Source: Acidimicrobiia bacterium (GTDB lineage Bacteria > Actinomycetota > Acidimicrobiia > Spongiisociales > JAHEDJ01). Taken from it: a DNA stretch of 63,399 nucleotides. Below the pieces are notes generated by a model. The model worked only from the letters and a program-made list of their open reading frames with translations, had not been told where the DNA came from and did no database searches. The stretch is taken from positions 1 to 63,399 of the forward strand of contig JARGFH010000015.1 of assembly GCA_029210695.1 (NCBI GenBank), read 5' to 3'. Shown here piece by piece: positions 8,817 through 19,082 of this stretch; within the stretch, counting starts at the first letter, position 1; each line of letters starts with the position of its first letter. A program made the translations under genes and the position numbers.

Positions 8817-11366
8817 TCATCGGCCGAGGAAAGCGTCCAGGCTGTCGCCTTCCCGCTGCCCGAGCGCCACCATGGCTCGCTGGAGTTCGAGTTTCTGTGC
8901 CAGCGACTTCGCCGCCACCGGAAACCCGGTCTCTGAGAAGAACGCTTCGACCCGTCTGGCCAGGCCGGGTTCAACCATGGCCGGCAGGCTGTGGACGAGA
9001 TATCGCTGAGTGGCAGGCGGGAGGAGGTCGGTCAGCGTCTTCCACTGCTCGGTCACCCTGGTCCAGATGTGGTCCATCGTCGACGGGTTTGCGAGCAAGC
9101 CGGCGATTACCCAGCCACCATCCTGGCCGCGAATGCGCCCGTCGAGCGCCATCTCGAACGTCCGGTCTGCGACATCGAGTCCGGGGAAGTAGGTGAGCGT
9201 TCGTAGGTAGCGCACCTGTTGCTGCGGATTCGTGGTCGACTCGTAGGCCTTGACGACCATCTCGTATTCGTCGACGGTGCCGTGTGAGGAGGCTATCGCC
9301 AGAACGGCGAGGGACACCTCAGCATCGATGATGGATGGATCTGCGACGACGTCGCGGAAGAGGCCTTTGGCTCTTTGGATCGTGTCGGCGTGCTTTCCGA
9401 GGCGCCCGTACGTGGCGAGGATCTGCCCGCGCAACCGGCGGGTCAGGTCGTCTTCGCCGGCGGCCGGTTCCCATCCGAGTCGTTCGGCAGTCGGTGCGAC
9501 GAGGCGTCGCACGAAGGCCGCAAACCGATTGTCGTTGGGAACGTACCGGCCCATCTCGAGCAGGTGCGTGGTCAGCATCTGCCAGACGGCATGCTCTCGT
9601 TCGTCACGGAAGGCCGCGGCCAGCCTGGCGAACTCATCGATTGGCACGGATCCCTCGACTGCGAACGCCCAGGTGTCGTCCAGGAGGGTGAAACGCTCGA
9701 GCGGATCGAGGTCGGCAAGCCGGGCCTGGAGTGCGCTCAGGAGCGTTGCTTCGTAGCGGACCCGATAGAAGCCGTGCCCGCCGGCGTTGACGATCGTCCA
9801 GTCGATGGGCTCGTCAAACGGAACCAACTCGGATTCGGCGACGAGCAGGTGCTTGACCGTCGATTCCCGGCCTGCGGCGCCGAATCGAATCTGCATCGGG
9901 ATCTGCCAGAGGTTGGCCGCCATGGGATCTTCCACGTAGCGGAACTGACGTTGCGTTAGTCGCAGACCGCCCTCTGCGCGTTCAACGCTCACTTCGGGAT
10001 AGCCGCCCTGGAGGATCCATGTATTCATGATGTCGCCGACACCGCCGTCCGAGGCGCTGTCGAGTCCTGTCCATAAGTCCTCGGTCTCGGTGTTGCTGTA
10101 GGCGTGGGCGCGCAGGTAGTTGCCGACGCCGTTGCGGAACGATTCCACTCCGAGGTATTGCTCGATCATCCGTAGAAGGGCGGCGCCCTTGCCGTAGGTG
10201 AGAGGATCGAACATCTCGTTCGCCTCGTCTGGCGAGCGAACCTCGAATTCGACCGCTCGTGTGCTGGCCAGAGCGTCGATGTCCATCGAGTCGGTTCGCT
10301 CTGCGCCGGGATCAACGGCAAACGCCAACCAGCGTTCCCAGTCGGGTCGGTACGACTCGACGGTCTTCATCTCCATGAACGAAGCGAACGCCTCGTTCAG
10401 CCAGATCCCGTTCCACCACTTCATCGTGACGAGATCGCCGAACCACATGTGGGCGAGCTCGTGGGCGATCACGTCCGCCACCCGGCGCAGTTCGTACTGG
10501 CCCGTTGTATTCGGATCGATGAGGACGGCGTTCTCTCGATATGTGATAGCACCCAGGTTCTCCATCGCGCCGAACGCGAAATCGGGAATGGCGACGAAGT
10601 CGACCTTGTCACCCGGGTAAGGGATCCCGTAGTAGTCCGAAAGCCAGCGGAGGGCGTAGGCGCCGATGTCGAGTGCAAAGTCGGTCAGATGACCCTTGCC
10701 GGGCGGGAATGCAACGCGAAGTGGTATTCCGTTGACATCGACGGGTTCGGTGACTTCGAGCGGCCCCACGATGAAGGCGACCAGATAGGTCGACATGACA
10801 GGCGTATCCGTGAATCGCACGACAGCCTTGCCGTCGCCGCCAGGCCTGCGATCCGCTTCCGACATGTTGGAGATGGCCGTCAGCTCTTCCCTGACGATCA
10901 GCGTGATTGAGAACACGGCCTTGAAGTCTGGTTCGTCCCAGCAAGGAAACGCCCGGCGAGCGTCGGCTGCTTCGAACTGGGTCGTGGCGATCACCTGCTC
11001 GCCACCGGAATCGTCGGTGAAGGTGCTGCGATAGAAGCCCCGCAACTGGTCATTCAGGGTGCCGCTGAAGGACAGGTGAAGTGCCCACTCGCCCGCTTCG
11101 ATAGGAGTAGGTGGCGTGATGGTGATTCGCTCGTTGGGCTCGTCGTAGCCGACTGTTGCGTGACGGGGAATCCCGTCTCCGCCCACGAGTGAGGCGGCAT
11201 CGATATCGAGCTCGATGGCGTTCAGCGTGAGCGTTTCGAGCGGCTCGATGACGTCGATCGTCACGATCTCCGTACCTGTGAACGACGAGTTGGAGATGTC
11301 CGGCTCGAGGGTGAGGTCGTATCGACGCGGGAAGGCTGTGCGGGGAAGTCGGTGTTCGGTCGACAC
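8817..11366 (-). CDS. pepN: M1 family aminopeptidase with ERAP1-like C-terminus
   Basis: GAMEN, HELAH(x18)E and YGKG motifs. Confidence 0.93.
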   Translation of the reverse strand: MSTEHRLPRTAFPRRYDLTLEPDISNSSFTGTEIVTIDVIEPLETLTLNAIELDIDAASLVGGDGIPRHATVGYDEPNERITITPPTPIEAGEWALHLSFSGTLNDQLRGFYRSTFTDDSGGEQVIATTQFEAADARRAFPCWDEPDFKAVFSITLIVREELTAISNMSEADRRPGGDGKAVVRFTDTPVMSTYLVAFIVGPLEVTEPVDVNGIPLRVAFPPGKGHLTDFALDIGAYALRWLSDYYGIPYPGDKVDFVAIPDFAFGAMENLGAITYRENAVLIDPNTTGQYELRRVADVIAHELAHMWFGDLVTMKWWNGIWLNEAFASFMEMKTVESYRPDWERWLAFAVDPGAERTDSMDIDALASTRAVEFEVRSPDEANEMFDPLTYGKGAALLRMIEQYLGVESFRNGVGNYLRAHAYSNTETEDLWTGLDSASDGGVGDIMNTWILQGGYPEVSVERAEGGLRLTQRQFRYVEDPMAANLWQIPMQIRFGAAGRESTVKHLLVAESELVPFDEPIDWTIVNAGGHGFYRVRYEATLLSALQARLADLDPLERFTLLDDTWAFAVEGSVPIDEFARLAAAFRDEREHAVWQMLTTHLLEMGRYVPNDNRFAAFVRRLVAPTAERLGWEPAAGEDDLTRRLRGQILATYGRLGKHADTIQRAKGLFRDVVADPSIIDAEVSLAVLAIASSHGTVDEYEMVVKAYESTTNPQQQVRYLRTLTYFPGLDVADRTFEMALDGRIRGQDGGWVIAGLLANPSTMDHIWTRVTEQWKTLTDLLPPATQRYLVHSLPAMVEPGLARRVEAFFSETGFPVAAKSLAQKLELQRAMVALGQREGDSLDAFLGR

Positions 11367-11529
11367 GATACTCCTGGATGCGGTTGGGCGGCCCTCAATG
11401 GTAGCCGTGACCTTACGGACCGGGCCAGGCGGACGCGGCCGCCCAGGAGATGGGCGCCCCGGCGGTTTATCCCTTCCTTAACCTGCCCTTGCCGTCCCGT
11501 TTGCGTGCTGTGCCGTACCGTTGACTCAG

Positions 11530-11652
11530 AGGTTGTGGTGTGATGCCGCAGGTAGGGAGTGACCGCCCTCCTGAGACCTCCTTGGAACGTTCGACGGCGG
11601 TGGTCCCCAGCCTCCCCAAGTTGCACCGCCGTCGAACGTTCCCCTTCTTCCT
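11530..11652. ncRNA. Candidate small RNA with a perfect 19-bp hairpin and a C-rich loop (strand uncertain)
   Basis: GGAACGTTCGACGGCGGTG (11584-11602) pairs with CACCGCCGTCGAACGTTCC (11624-11642); several CCTCC motifs; lies in a ~410-bp intergenic gap. Confidence 0.4.
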
Positions 11653-11775
11653 GAATGAATCGTCCGCCTTCGCCGTGTCCATTTACTCGGATTAGCGCCG
11701 AAGGGCGGGGTCTAGCCGCGGCGCATTTGTTTGACGTCGCCTGCTCATGGGAGAAGCTCCTAGAACCGGTGCGAA

Positions 11776-13284
11776 CTACGCGTCGTACGTCCCAGCCGTG
11801 GTGTCTCCGCCCCGGCCGGTCCAGTTCGTGTGGAAGAACTCGCCGCGCGGCCGGTCGTTCCGTTCGTAGGTGTGTGCTCCGAAGTAGTCGCGCTGGGCCT
11901 GGATCAGGTTGGCGGGCAGCTGCTCGGTTCGGTATCCGTCGTAGAACGCCAGCGCCGTCGAGTATGCAGGGACCGGAATCCCGTGTGACACGGCGGTGGT
12001 GATGACCGTGCGCCATCCTGACTCTGCTCGAGCGAGGGCAGCAGCAAAGAAGTCGTCCAGCATCAGGTTGGCGAGGTGTGGGTTTCGGCGGAAGGCGGCG
12101 GTGATGTCGTCGAGGAAGGCTGCGCGAATTATGCACCCTTCGCGCCACAGGGAAGCGATACGCCCGTAGTCGAGGTCCCAGCCGTGCTCTTCGGCGGCGG
12201 CGCGCAGGAGCATGAAACCCTGAGCGTATGAGACGATCTTCGACGCGTAGAGAGCGTCGCGGATCGCAGTGATGAAGAGGCTGCGCGGGCCTGCGCCACC
12301 ATCCTCGTTGTCGGCGGAGTTGGAGGTGTTGCGCAAGTCCGTCTCGTCGATCGACCCGGAACTGGAGCCCAACTGCCCGGCCGCGGCAACTCGCTCTTCC
12401 TTGAGGGCGGACAAGATCCTGGCAAAGACGGCTTCGGCAACGAGGGTGACCGGCATGCCGAGATCGAGGGCCGCGGTCGCCGTCCACTTGCCGGTGCCCT
12501 TTTGCCCGGCGGCATCGAGGATTCGCTCGAGCAGCGGTTCGCCCAGTTCATCTCGATACCTCAGGATGTCGGCTGTGATATCAATGAGGTAGGAGTCGAG
12601 TTCCCCTTCTCCCCACGACTGGAACACTGAGCTCATCTCGTCGTGGTCCATACTGAGGCCGGCCTTCATGAGGTGGTAGGCCTCTGCGATCACCTGCATG
12701 TCTCCGTATTCGATGCCGTTGTGCACCATCTTCACGAAGTGACCTGCACCATCCGATCCAACCCAATCACAGCATGGTGTGCCGTCTTCCACTTTGGCCG
12801 CCACCGACTGGAACATCTTCCGGACGAAGGGCCAGGCTTCCTTGCTCCCGCCGGGCATGATCGAAGGGCCGTTCCTCGCCCCTTCCTCCCCGCCCGATAC
12901 ACCCGTGCCGATGAACCGAAAGCCGCGTTCTTCCAGGTAGGCCGTCCGGCGAACTGTGTCGGAGAAGTGCGAGTTACCCCCATCGATGATGATGTCACCT
13001 CGTTCGAGGAGGGGGAGCAGTTCCTCGATGACCGTATCGATCGCGCTTCCCGCTTTGATCATCAACATGACCCGGCGCGGGGTGGCCAGGGTGCCCACCA
13101 GCTCCTCGAGGGAGTGCGTGCCGATCACATTCGTTCCGGCGGCCGGTCCGGCGATGAACTCGTCGACCCTTGAAGTCGTTCTGTTGAAAACCGCCACCAC
13201 GTAGCCGTGGTCGTCCATGTTCAGAACGAGGTTCTGCCCCATGACGGCGAGGCCGATGAGGCCGATGTCTGCTGTGCCGGGCAT
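11776..13284 (-). CDS. gnd: 6-phosphogluconate dehydrogenase (decarboxylating)
   Basis: [23 protein letters not shown] and [20 protein letters not shown]. Confidence 0.97.
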   Translation of the reverse strand: MPGTADIGLIGLAVMGQNLVLNMDDHGYVVAVFNRTTSRVDEFIAGPAAGTNVIGTHSLEELVGTLATPRRVMLMIKAGSAIDTVIEELLPLLERGDIIIDGGNSHFSDTVRRTAYLEERGFRFIGTGVSGGEEGARNGPSIMPGGSKEAWPFVRKMFQSVAAKVEDGTPCCDWVGSDGAGHFVKMVHNGIEYGDMQVIAEAYHLMKAGLSMDHDEMSSVFQSWGEGELDSYLIDITADILRYRDELGEPLLERILDAAGQKGTGKWTATAALDLGMPVTLVAEAVFARILSALKEERVAAAGQLGSSSGSIDETDLRNTSNSADNEDGGAGPRSLFITAIRDALYASKIVSYAQGFMLLRAAAEEHGWDLDYGRIASLWREGCIIRAAFLDDITAAFRRNPHLANLMLDDFFAAALARAESGWRTVITTAVSHGIPVPAYSTALAFYDGYRTEQLPANLIQAQRDYFGAHTYERNDRPRGEFFHTNWTGRGGDTTAGTYDA

Positions 13285-13345
13285 GCTGGATCTCCTGAGG
13301 ATTGGCCTGTGGAGCAGGCTACCGCCATCGGGTACAGTTCCGATC

Positions 13346-14086
13346 GTGGAACGATTTGTGATGGGAATCGACATAGGAGGATCGGGGATCAAGGGTGCGC
13401 CGGTCGATTTGTCTACCGGCACGCTGGCAGGGGAGCGGCATCGCATCGATACGCCTCAACCCTCGACACCGGACGCCGTCGTCGAGGTTGTGGCCGGGAT
13501 CGTTGAGTTCTTTCAATATGGGGGCCCGGTCGGTTGCACGCTTCCCTCCGTGGTCCGCCACGGGGTGGTCGGGACGGCGGCCAATATCGACGAAGGTTGG
13601 ATCGGCGTAGATGGCCGGGCCCTGCTCGAGCGACGGCTGCGCACTCCGGTGGCACTGCTCAACGATGCGGACGCAGCAGGAATCGCCGAGTTGACCTACG
13701 GAGCTGCAAAGGGGGTAGCAGGCCTCGTCTGTCTCCTCACCTTCGGGACGGGGATCGGGAGCGCCTTGTTCGTCGACGGCGTGCTCGTGCCGAATACGGA
13801 ATTCGGCCATTTCGAGTTCAAGGGCGGAGAAGCGGAGGATTACGCCTCGGCGCGGGTCCGGAAGGACGCCAACCTGTCGTGGGAGGATTGGGGTGTCCGG
13901 GTCGGCGAGTATCTCCGCTACGTTGAACGTGTGGTCTCTCCCGATCTGTTCATTCTCGGCGGCGGCGTGAGCAGGAGACTCGGGAAGTTCGAGCAATACC
14001 TCCATTGTTCAACGCCGATCGTCCCGGCCCGATTACGCAACAACGCCGGCATTGTTGGAGCGGCCCTTCTGGCAGCATCGCTGTAG
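13346..14086 (+). CDS. ppgK: Polyphosphate glucokinase (ROK family)
   Basis: [31 protein letters not shown] and PNTEFGH. Confidence 0.93.
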   Translation: MERFVMGIDIGGSGIKGAPVDLSTGTLAGERHRIDTPQPSTPDAVVEVVAGIVEFFQYGGPVGCTLPSVVRHGVVGTAANIDEGWIGVDGRALLERRLRTPVALLNDADAAGIAELTYGAAKGVAGLVCLLTFGTGIGSALFVDGVLVPNTEFGHFEFKGGEAEDYASARVRKDANLSWEDWGVRVGEYLRYVERVVSPDLFILGGGVSRRLGKFEQYLHCSTPIVPARLRNNAGIVGAALLAASL

Positions 14087-14360
14087 CCGAGCGCCTTCCC
14101 GTCGGGAGCGCTTCATGCGACCCCTCCGGCGCTTGGCCTTAGGCCGCAGGCCCTAGGCGATTGTCCAATCGCAGGTGATTCTGAGGCCGGACACACTGCC
14201 TAGAGCCCAAAGCTCATGGCCATGGCTGACCAATGTCCGTGAACTTGCTCGTCGCGGCTGACCTCCCGGAGCTCTTTCTTACATTCTTCTTACTCGTAGC
14301 CAACAGTGCCCTGACTCCTTCCTCCGATGCTGAAAGCAGACACGGAGTGGAAGGAGTGCA

Positions 14361-14729
14361 ATGAGACGAATCCTGGCCCTGGCGGCGGTGTTGACGCTGG
14401 CTGCCTGCGGCACCTGGCGGGCCGCCGACCCCGACGGCGAGACGGAGGCGGCCCCGGGAGCTTCGACGGTCGTGACGGCGGAGACCGATCAAGTCCCCCT
14501 CCCGATCGCCGACGAAACCCAACCTGCCGGAGTCGTCCCGGATCCGGCAGAGGAACCAACGACCACGACGACAACCACGCCTACACCGATCGCTGACCAA
14601 CCCTCCACGACTCTTCCCGACTTGAACCTCGATCTATCTGAACTAGATGTGCTCATGGGTGAGCTCGATGGTTTGCTCGGGAATCTTGGAGCAGCGATGA
14701 ATCAGACCGAAGGAGAGTTGAAGCCATGA
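14361..14729 (+). CDS. Lipoprotein with a Thr/Pro-rich linker
   Basis: SD AAGGAG, lipobox LAAC, poly-Thr tract. Confidence 0.75.
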   Translation: MRRILALAAVLTLAACGTWRAADPDGETEAAPGASTVVTAETDQVPLPIADETQPAGVVPDPAEEPTTTTTTTPTPIADQPSTTLPDLNLDLSELDVLMGELDGLLGNLGAAMNQTEGELKP

Positions 14730-15469
14730 AGACACTGTCTACCTTGCTGGCGGCGCTGCTCATCGTGAGCGCGCTGCCGGCGATCGCGCTGGCGCAGGAG
14801 CCCGCACCCCAAGCAGAACCCGCCTCCGAAACCGGTGACGCCGTCGAGCGCATCATCGGGAATCTGAAAGACCGGGCGGGGAATGCAATTGAGAAACGGC
14901 TCGACACGATCGAGCGTGTCGGCGGGGCCCTGCAGGAAGCGGAGCATCTGACGGATGCGCATGAGCGGGTTCTGCTGGATGAGCTGTCCTCATCTGCAGC
15001 CGGCCTGACTGCGCTCGGGCGCGAGATCGAGGCAGCCGGCACGCTTGCCGAACTCTGGGATCTGATTCCGAAGATCTTCGAGGACTATCGGATCTATGCC
15101 GTCGTTGTTCCGAAGGCGCATCTGGTGGCGGTTGCCGACACCATCGTGGCCGGCACCACTCGGGCAGAAGTCGGCGGTGAAGCATTGCAGGAGGCCATTG
15201 ATCGGGTTCGCCAAGCGGGTTATGACACCTCTGAGGCCGAGGAGGCACTGGCGGAGATGGTGACTTTGATCCGTCAGAGCTCGGCGCTGGCCGGCCCGGT
15301 GCCCGACACGGTTCTCCCGCTCGAGCCTTCCGATTGGCCTGTCCCTGCACAGGGAGTGATCGAGGGTGCCCATGCGGACCTCCGCTCCGCGCGAGACCAC
15401 CTTGCATCCGCGGTCCGCTCTGCCCACGAGGTCGCCAGGATCCTCAGGGACCTCGTCAGGGAGGGTTAG
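14726..15469 (+). CDS. Secreted alpha-helical protein of unknown function
   Basis: Signal peptide ending ALA-Q; ATGA overlap with the lipoprotein; SD AAGGAG. Confidence 0.75.
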   Translation: MKTLSTLLAALLIVSALPAIALAQEPAPQAEPASETGDAVERIIGNLKDRAGNAIEKRLDTIERVGGALQEAEHLTDAHERVLLDELSSSAAGLTALGREIEAAGTLAELWDLIPKIFEDYRIYAVVVPKAHLVAVADTIVAGTTRAEVGGEALQEAIDRVRQAGYDTSEAEEALAEMVTLIRQSSALAGPVPDTVLPLEPSDWPVPAQGVIEGAHADLRSARDHLASAVRSAHEVARILRDLVREG

Positions 15470-15504
15470 TCGCCCGCCGGACGACAAAGCGTGCAGCGTA
15501 CTCG

Positions 15505-16803
15505 TTACTCGACCAGCCACGGTTCGAAGCGGGTGGCCATATCGCCCCGCAAGCGGGCATCCACGAGGGTGCCCGCTTCGGTGTGCGACTCTTCGATAAC
15601 CGCTCCGTTTCGATGTAGCAACGCCAGCAGATCACCGCGTTCGTAAGGGATTTCGAGCGTAACCCGGTAGGCAGTGGCAGTGAGGTCGCGTTCGATGACG
15701 TCGAGGAGAGCAGGAACTCCGGCGCCTGTGCTTGCGGAGACGGCCACACCATCGTGCATGGCCACCAGTCGCTGGATCGCTTGTGGGTTGGCCCGGTCTA
15801 CCTTGTTGATGACGAACAGTTCGGGGACCTGCTCGGCGCCGATCTCCCCGAGGACCGATCGAACGGCCGTGATCTGGGTGTCCGCGTCCGGATCCGAACC
15901 GTCGACGACGTGGAGCAGCAGATCTGCATTGTGTACTTCGTCAAGTGTCGATTGAAACGCCTCGATGAGCTGGTGAGGGAGATCGCGAATGAATCCGACC
16001 GTGTCGGAGAACAGGGAGGGCGTCCCTCCCGGGAGCTCGGCCCGACGAACGGACGAGTCGAGCGTTGAGAACAGCTGGTCTTCAACTAGAACGTCTGCGT
16101 CGGTGATCTGATTCAGCAGAGTCGATTTGCCGGCGTTCGTGTATCCGACCAACGCCACCACCGGGAGCTTCGAACGGATTCTGGCCTTGCGCTGCGTGTG
16201 GCGGGTGGCGGCGACCTCCTTGAGTTCTCGCTTGAGACGGGAGATCCGCTGCAGGATGCGCCGCCGGTCGGTTTCGAGCTTCGTCTCACCCGGGCCACGG
16301 GTACCGATGCCACCTGCTTGCCGGCTGAGCTCGACTCCCTTGCCCCGCAGGCGGGGGAGGTAGTACTCGAGCAGGGCCAGTTCAACCTGGAGCATGCCCG
16401 CCCGGCTCGATGCGTGCTGGGCGAAGATGTCGAGGATCACGGCTTGCCGGTCGACTACGTCGCATTCGAACATCGACTGAAGGTTGCGTTGCTGTGCCGG
16501 GCTGAGCGAGTTGTCGAATACGACAACATCGATGTCGAGCGTCTTGCTGAGCTCGACGGCACGTTTGGCCTGACCCTTGCCGATGAGTAGGCCGGGTTCG
16601 AGCTCCGCCCGGGTGAGTAGCTCCGTGAATACCGGTTCCGATCCGGCCGTTTCGGTGAGCCGGCCCAGCTCGGCCAGTGATCGCTCGGCGGATTCTGTTC
16701 TGGCCGATGAGGTCGCCACGCCTATCAGGTATGCCCGTTGCTCGACAACCTCTAGGTCGGTAACGGTGGCGGTGAGCCTGCGTCCGCCTCTGCCCGTCGT
16801 CAC
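15505..16803 (-). CDS. hflX: Ribosome-splitting GTPase HflX
   Basis: GIGTRGPGETKLETDRR, GYTNAGKS, DTVGF and NKVD; GTG start overlaps the upstream TGA. Confidence 0.95.
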   Translation of the reverse strand: MTTGRGGRRLTATVTDLEVVEQRAYLIGVATSSARTESAERSLAELGRLTETAGSEPVFTELLTRAELEPGLLIGKGQAKRAVELSKTLDIDVVVFDNSLSPAQQRNLQSMFECDVVDRQAVILDIFAQHASSRAGMLQVELALLEYYLPRLRGKGVELSRQAGGIGTRGPGETKLETDRRRILQRISRLKRELKEVAATRHTQRKARIRSKLPVVALVGYTNAGKSTLLNQITDADVLVEDQLFSTLDSSVRRAELPGGTPSLFSDTVGFIRDLPHQLIEAFQSTLDEVHNADLLLHVVDGSDPDADTQITAVRSVLGEIGAEQVPELFVINKVDRANPQAIQRLVAMHDGVAVSASTGAGVPALLDVIERDLTATAYRVTLEIPYERGDLLALLHRNGAVIEESHTEAGTLVDARLRGDMATRFEPWLVE

Positions 16804-17096
16804 AGATAATGGCCGTTCTCGTCGTGGGAGTCTTCGGGCTTCTGCTCGGCGATGATCTGCGATTCCCGTACTGCCACGACCACTTCGCCTGTTGCCGGCC
16901 AGAGGAAGCGCCATGCCCCGGTCGGAACCGCCCAGAACTGAAGCCGCGTGTCGACGTCGACGAGCGCCAGCGCATCGTTGGACTTCTCCGATCCCGCCGG
17001 AACGAGAAGGCCCGATCGGGTGGCGGATTCCTCGAGAAGATGTCCAACCCGCCATCCCGACATGATCTTGTAGCCGTTGTCCTGACCGCTCTTCAT
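16800..17096 (-). CDS. Divergent GroES/Cpn10-like small protein
   Basis: EESATRSGLLVP resembles the GroES mobile loop and GEVVVAVRESQIIA resembles the GroES C-terminal strand; stop overlaps the hflX start. Confidence 0.55.
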   Translation of the reverse strand: MKSGQDNGYKIMSGWRVGHLLEESATRSGLLVPAGSEKSNDALALVDVDTRLQFWAVPTGAWRFLWPATGEVVVAVRESQIIAEQKPEDSHDENGHYL

Positions 17097-17176
17097 GGTT
17101 CCTATGGTGCCACTCCCCGCCCCTTTTGGGAACTTGATTCAGAGCCAAGGGCTAACGGCCAATGGCTAAGAGCTGA

Positions 17177-17209
17177 GAGAAGGCCGGGAGCGTAGCTCCC
17201 GGCCTTCTC
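17177..17209. terminator. 15-bp hairpin terminator downstream of the otr-like gene
   Basis: GAGAAGGCCGGGAGC-GTA-GCTCCCGGCCTTCTC. Confidence 0.75.
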
Positions 17210-17253
17210 GCTCTCTACCGAGCTCTAGGTTGGGGGAGGACCACCCTGTCAGC

Positions 17254-18909
17254 TCAAGCAGTTCTCCTTCGCATCATCACGAAGGCGAGTCCACCGAGGA
17301 CCACGACGGCGGCAATGATGCCGACGACGAGTCCGGTGCTCGAAGACTCATCCTCGACGGGGTCTGCCGCTGCCACGGTGGAGGTCGGGGCTGCTTCAGT
17401 CGTCGTCGTGGTTGGGGCTTCAGTTGTGGTAGTGGTTGTCTCTGGCTCTGGTTCCGGCCCTGGAGGGAACACCGTCAGTTCGGCTACACGTCCCTCGTCA
17501 AACCCAAGGGTCGCGAAATCAAGGCGACCATCTTCGGAGTGGCATGCCTGGCATTCGAGTGCACTGGTTGCGGGAGCAACCATGTGGTTCTGCGGCCAGT
17601 ACATCACCGATTCGATGTTCTCGTAGCTGCCGGAGTATTCCAGGCCATAGGCGGTGGCGGCATCTGTGATGGCTGCGCTCATGTCCCAGAACTTCCAGAA
17701 TGCTGTGGTGTCTGCTTCACCAGATGGGAATAGGTTGAGCGGCATTACTGCTTGGGCCACCGGATCGTAGGGCTGGATGCCCTCGAACTCCTTGAACGGG
17801 GCGATCTTGCCATCTCCTGGTCCGCCGAGTACCTCGTTGATCAGGAAGCCTTCGTCCTGGGCAACAGGCTCGCCTGGTAGCGACCAGTCGAAGTTGCCGT
17901 TGGACCACAGGTACGTCGGTACAACGTTGGACTCCCACAGGAAGCTGCCCTTAAGGCTGTCGTAGACCGGCTTCCCGGTGGCTTCGTCGTCGACGATCTT
18001 GATCGATCCGTCTTCGTTCCGGTCGCCGGCGGTTGTCCAATCCCAGAACTCTTTGGTCGGTTGGGCGCGGGCGTACTCCGGAATGTGGCAGGTCTCACAT
18101 GCGATCGAAGCTGTGTGGGCATTGATTGCATCTTCGTCGTGCGGCTCTTCGGTGTGACAGTCGTCACAGCCGATAGCGCCCATCTCGTACCTACTACCGG
18201 CGATCTGGTGATCCTCGGTCGTGTGGCACGTCTGACAGGTGAAGTTGAGTCCTTCAGCATCCATGTGGACGTCCAGCTCGAAACCTGGTTCCTTGAGCGA
18301 TGTGTCCAGATCGCCGTGCTTGACGGCATCGCCGCCGCCGCCGGTGAAGTGGCACGCACCGCAGTTGGCCCTGCTGGGCTTTCCGACGCCCTGGGCAACA
18401 GAAACAAGGTCGACTGCAGGCCAATCCTTGCCGCTGAAGGTGGTGTCCTCGTAGGCGGGGTGACCGGCGCCGGTCGGGAACTTCTTGTATGTACCAGTCG
18501 TATCGTGGCAGACGACGCAATCGATGTTGCCGGGATTCGAGTGGTCGAACGATTCGTCCGTCCAACCGTAGCCCGCATGACAACTGGTGCAGCGCGGCTC
18601 GTTGGTCCGTACGTTGACGCAGTAGTTGTTGAGCACCTGGTACTTGCCGTAGGTCTCTCCGGTTGTGGCACTTTCGTATTCCCACGTCCAGTGAACCGTC
18701 TGCATGAAGTCCTCGCCGACTCCGGCGTGACACGTCAGGCAGGCTGCCGTGACATCCGGTGCGGTTTCGAACGGTCCCTCCAGCGGGCCGAACCCGGAAT
18801 GGTCCATCCCCTCACTCTCTTGCGCAGATACCGCAACACCCAGAGTCAGCAACATGCTGAACGCGAGTATCAGGGCGCCTGCTCTTCTGATGGCCTTTGA
18901 TGCCTTCAT
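17254..18909 (-). CDS. Octaheme c-type cytochrome of the tetrathionate reductase (Otr) family with a C-terminal membrane anchor
   Basis: 8 CxxCH motifs (CLTCH, CTSCH, CVVCH, CGACH, CQTCH, CDDCH, CETCH, CQACH); GK...NNYC, EPRCTSCHAGYG and GGGGDAVKHGDLD; signal peptide; Thr-rich stalk, TM helix and RRR tail. Confidence 0.88.
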   Translation of the reverse strand: MKASKAIRRAGALILAFSMLLTLGVAVSAQESEGMDHSGFGPLEGPFETAPDVTAACLTCHAGVGEDFMQTVHWTWEYESATTGETYGKYQVLNNYCVNVRTNEPRCTSCHAGYGWTDESFDHSNPGNIDCVVCHDTTGTYKKFPTGAGHPAYEDTTFSGKDWPAVDLVSVAQGVGKPSRANCGACHFTGGGGDAVKHGDLDTSLKEPGFELDVHMDAEGLNFTCQTCHTTEDHQIAGSRYEMGAIGCDDCHTEEPHDEDAINAHTASIACETCHIPEYARAQPTKEFWDWTTAGDRNEDGSIKIVDDEATGKPVYDSLKGSFLWESNVVPTYLWSNGNFDWSLPGEPVAQDEGFLINEVLGGPGDGKIAPFKEFEGIQPYDPVAQAVMPLNLFPSGEADTTAFWKFWDMSAAITDAATAYGLEYSGSYENIESVMYWPQNHMVAPATSALECQACHSEDGRLDFATLGFDEGRVAELTVFPPGPEPEPETTTTTTEAPTTTTTEAAPTSTVAAADPVEDESSSTGLVVGIIAAVVVLGGLAFVMMRRRTA

Positions 18910-19082
18910 GTAACGCTCCCCGTTATAGGCATTTCGTGGTCGTCACCCGACTTGTGAAAGTCTGCACTTAACCTATACGGGATTCGAATCAAAAACAAGT
19001 CCATGCCCCCTGAATACTTATATCAACTGATTATGAATGTCCATAAGTAGATGCTGGAGTAGTTTTTAGATAGGATGGGGTT

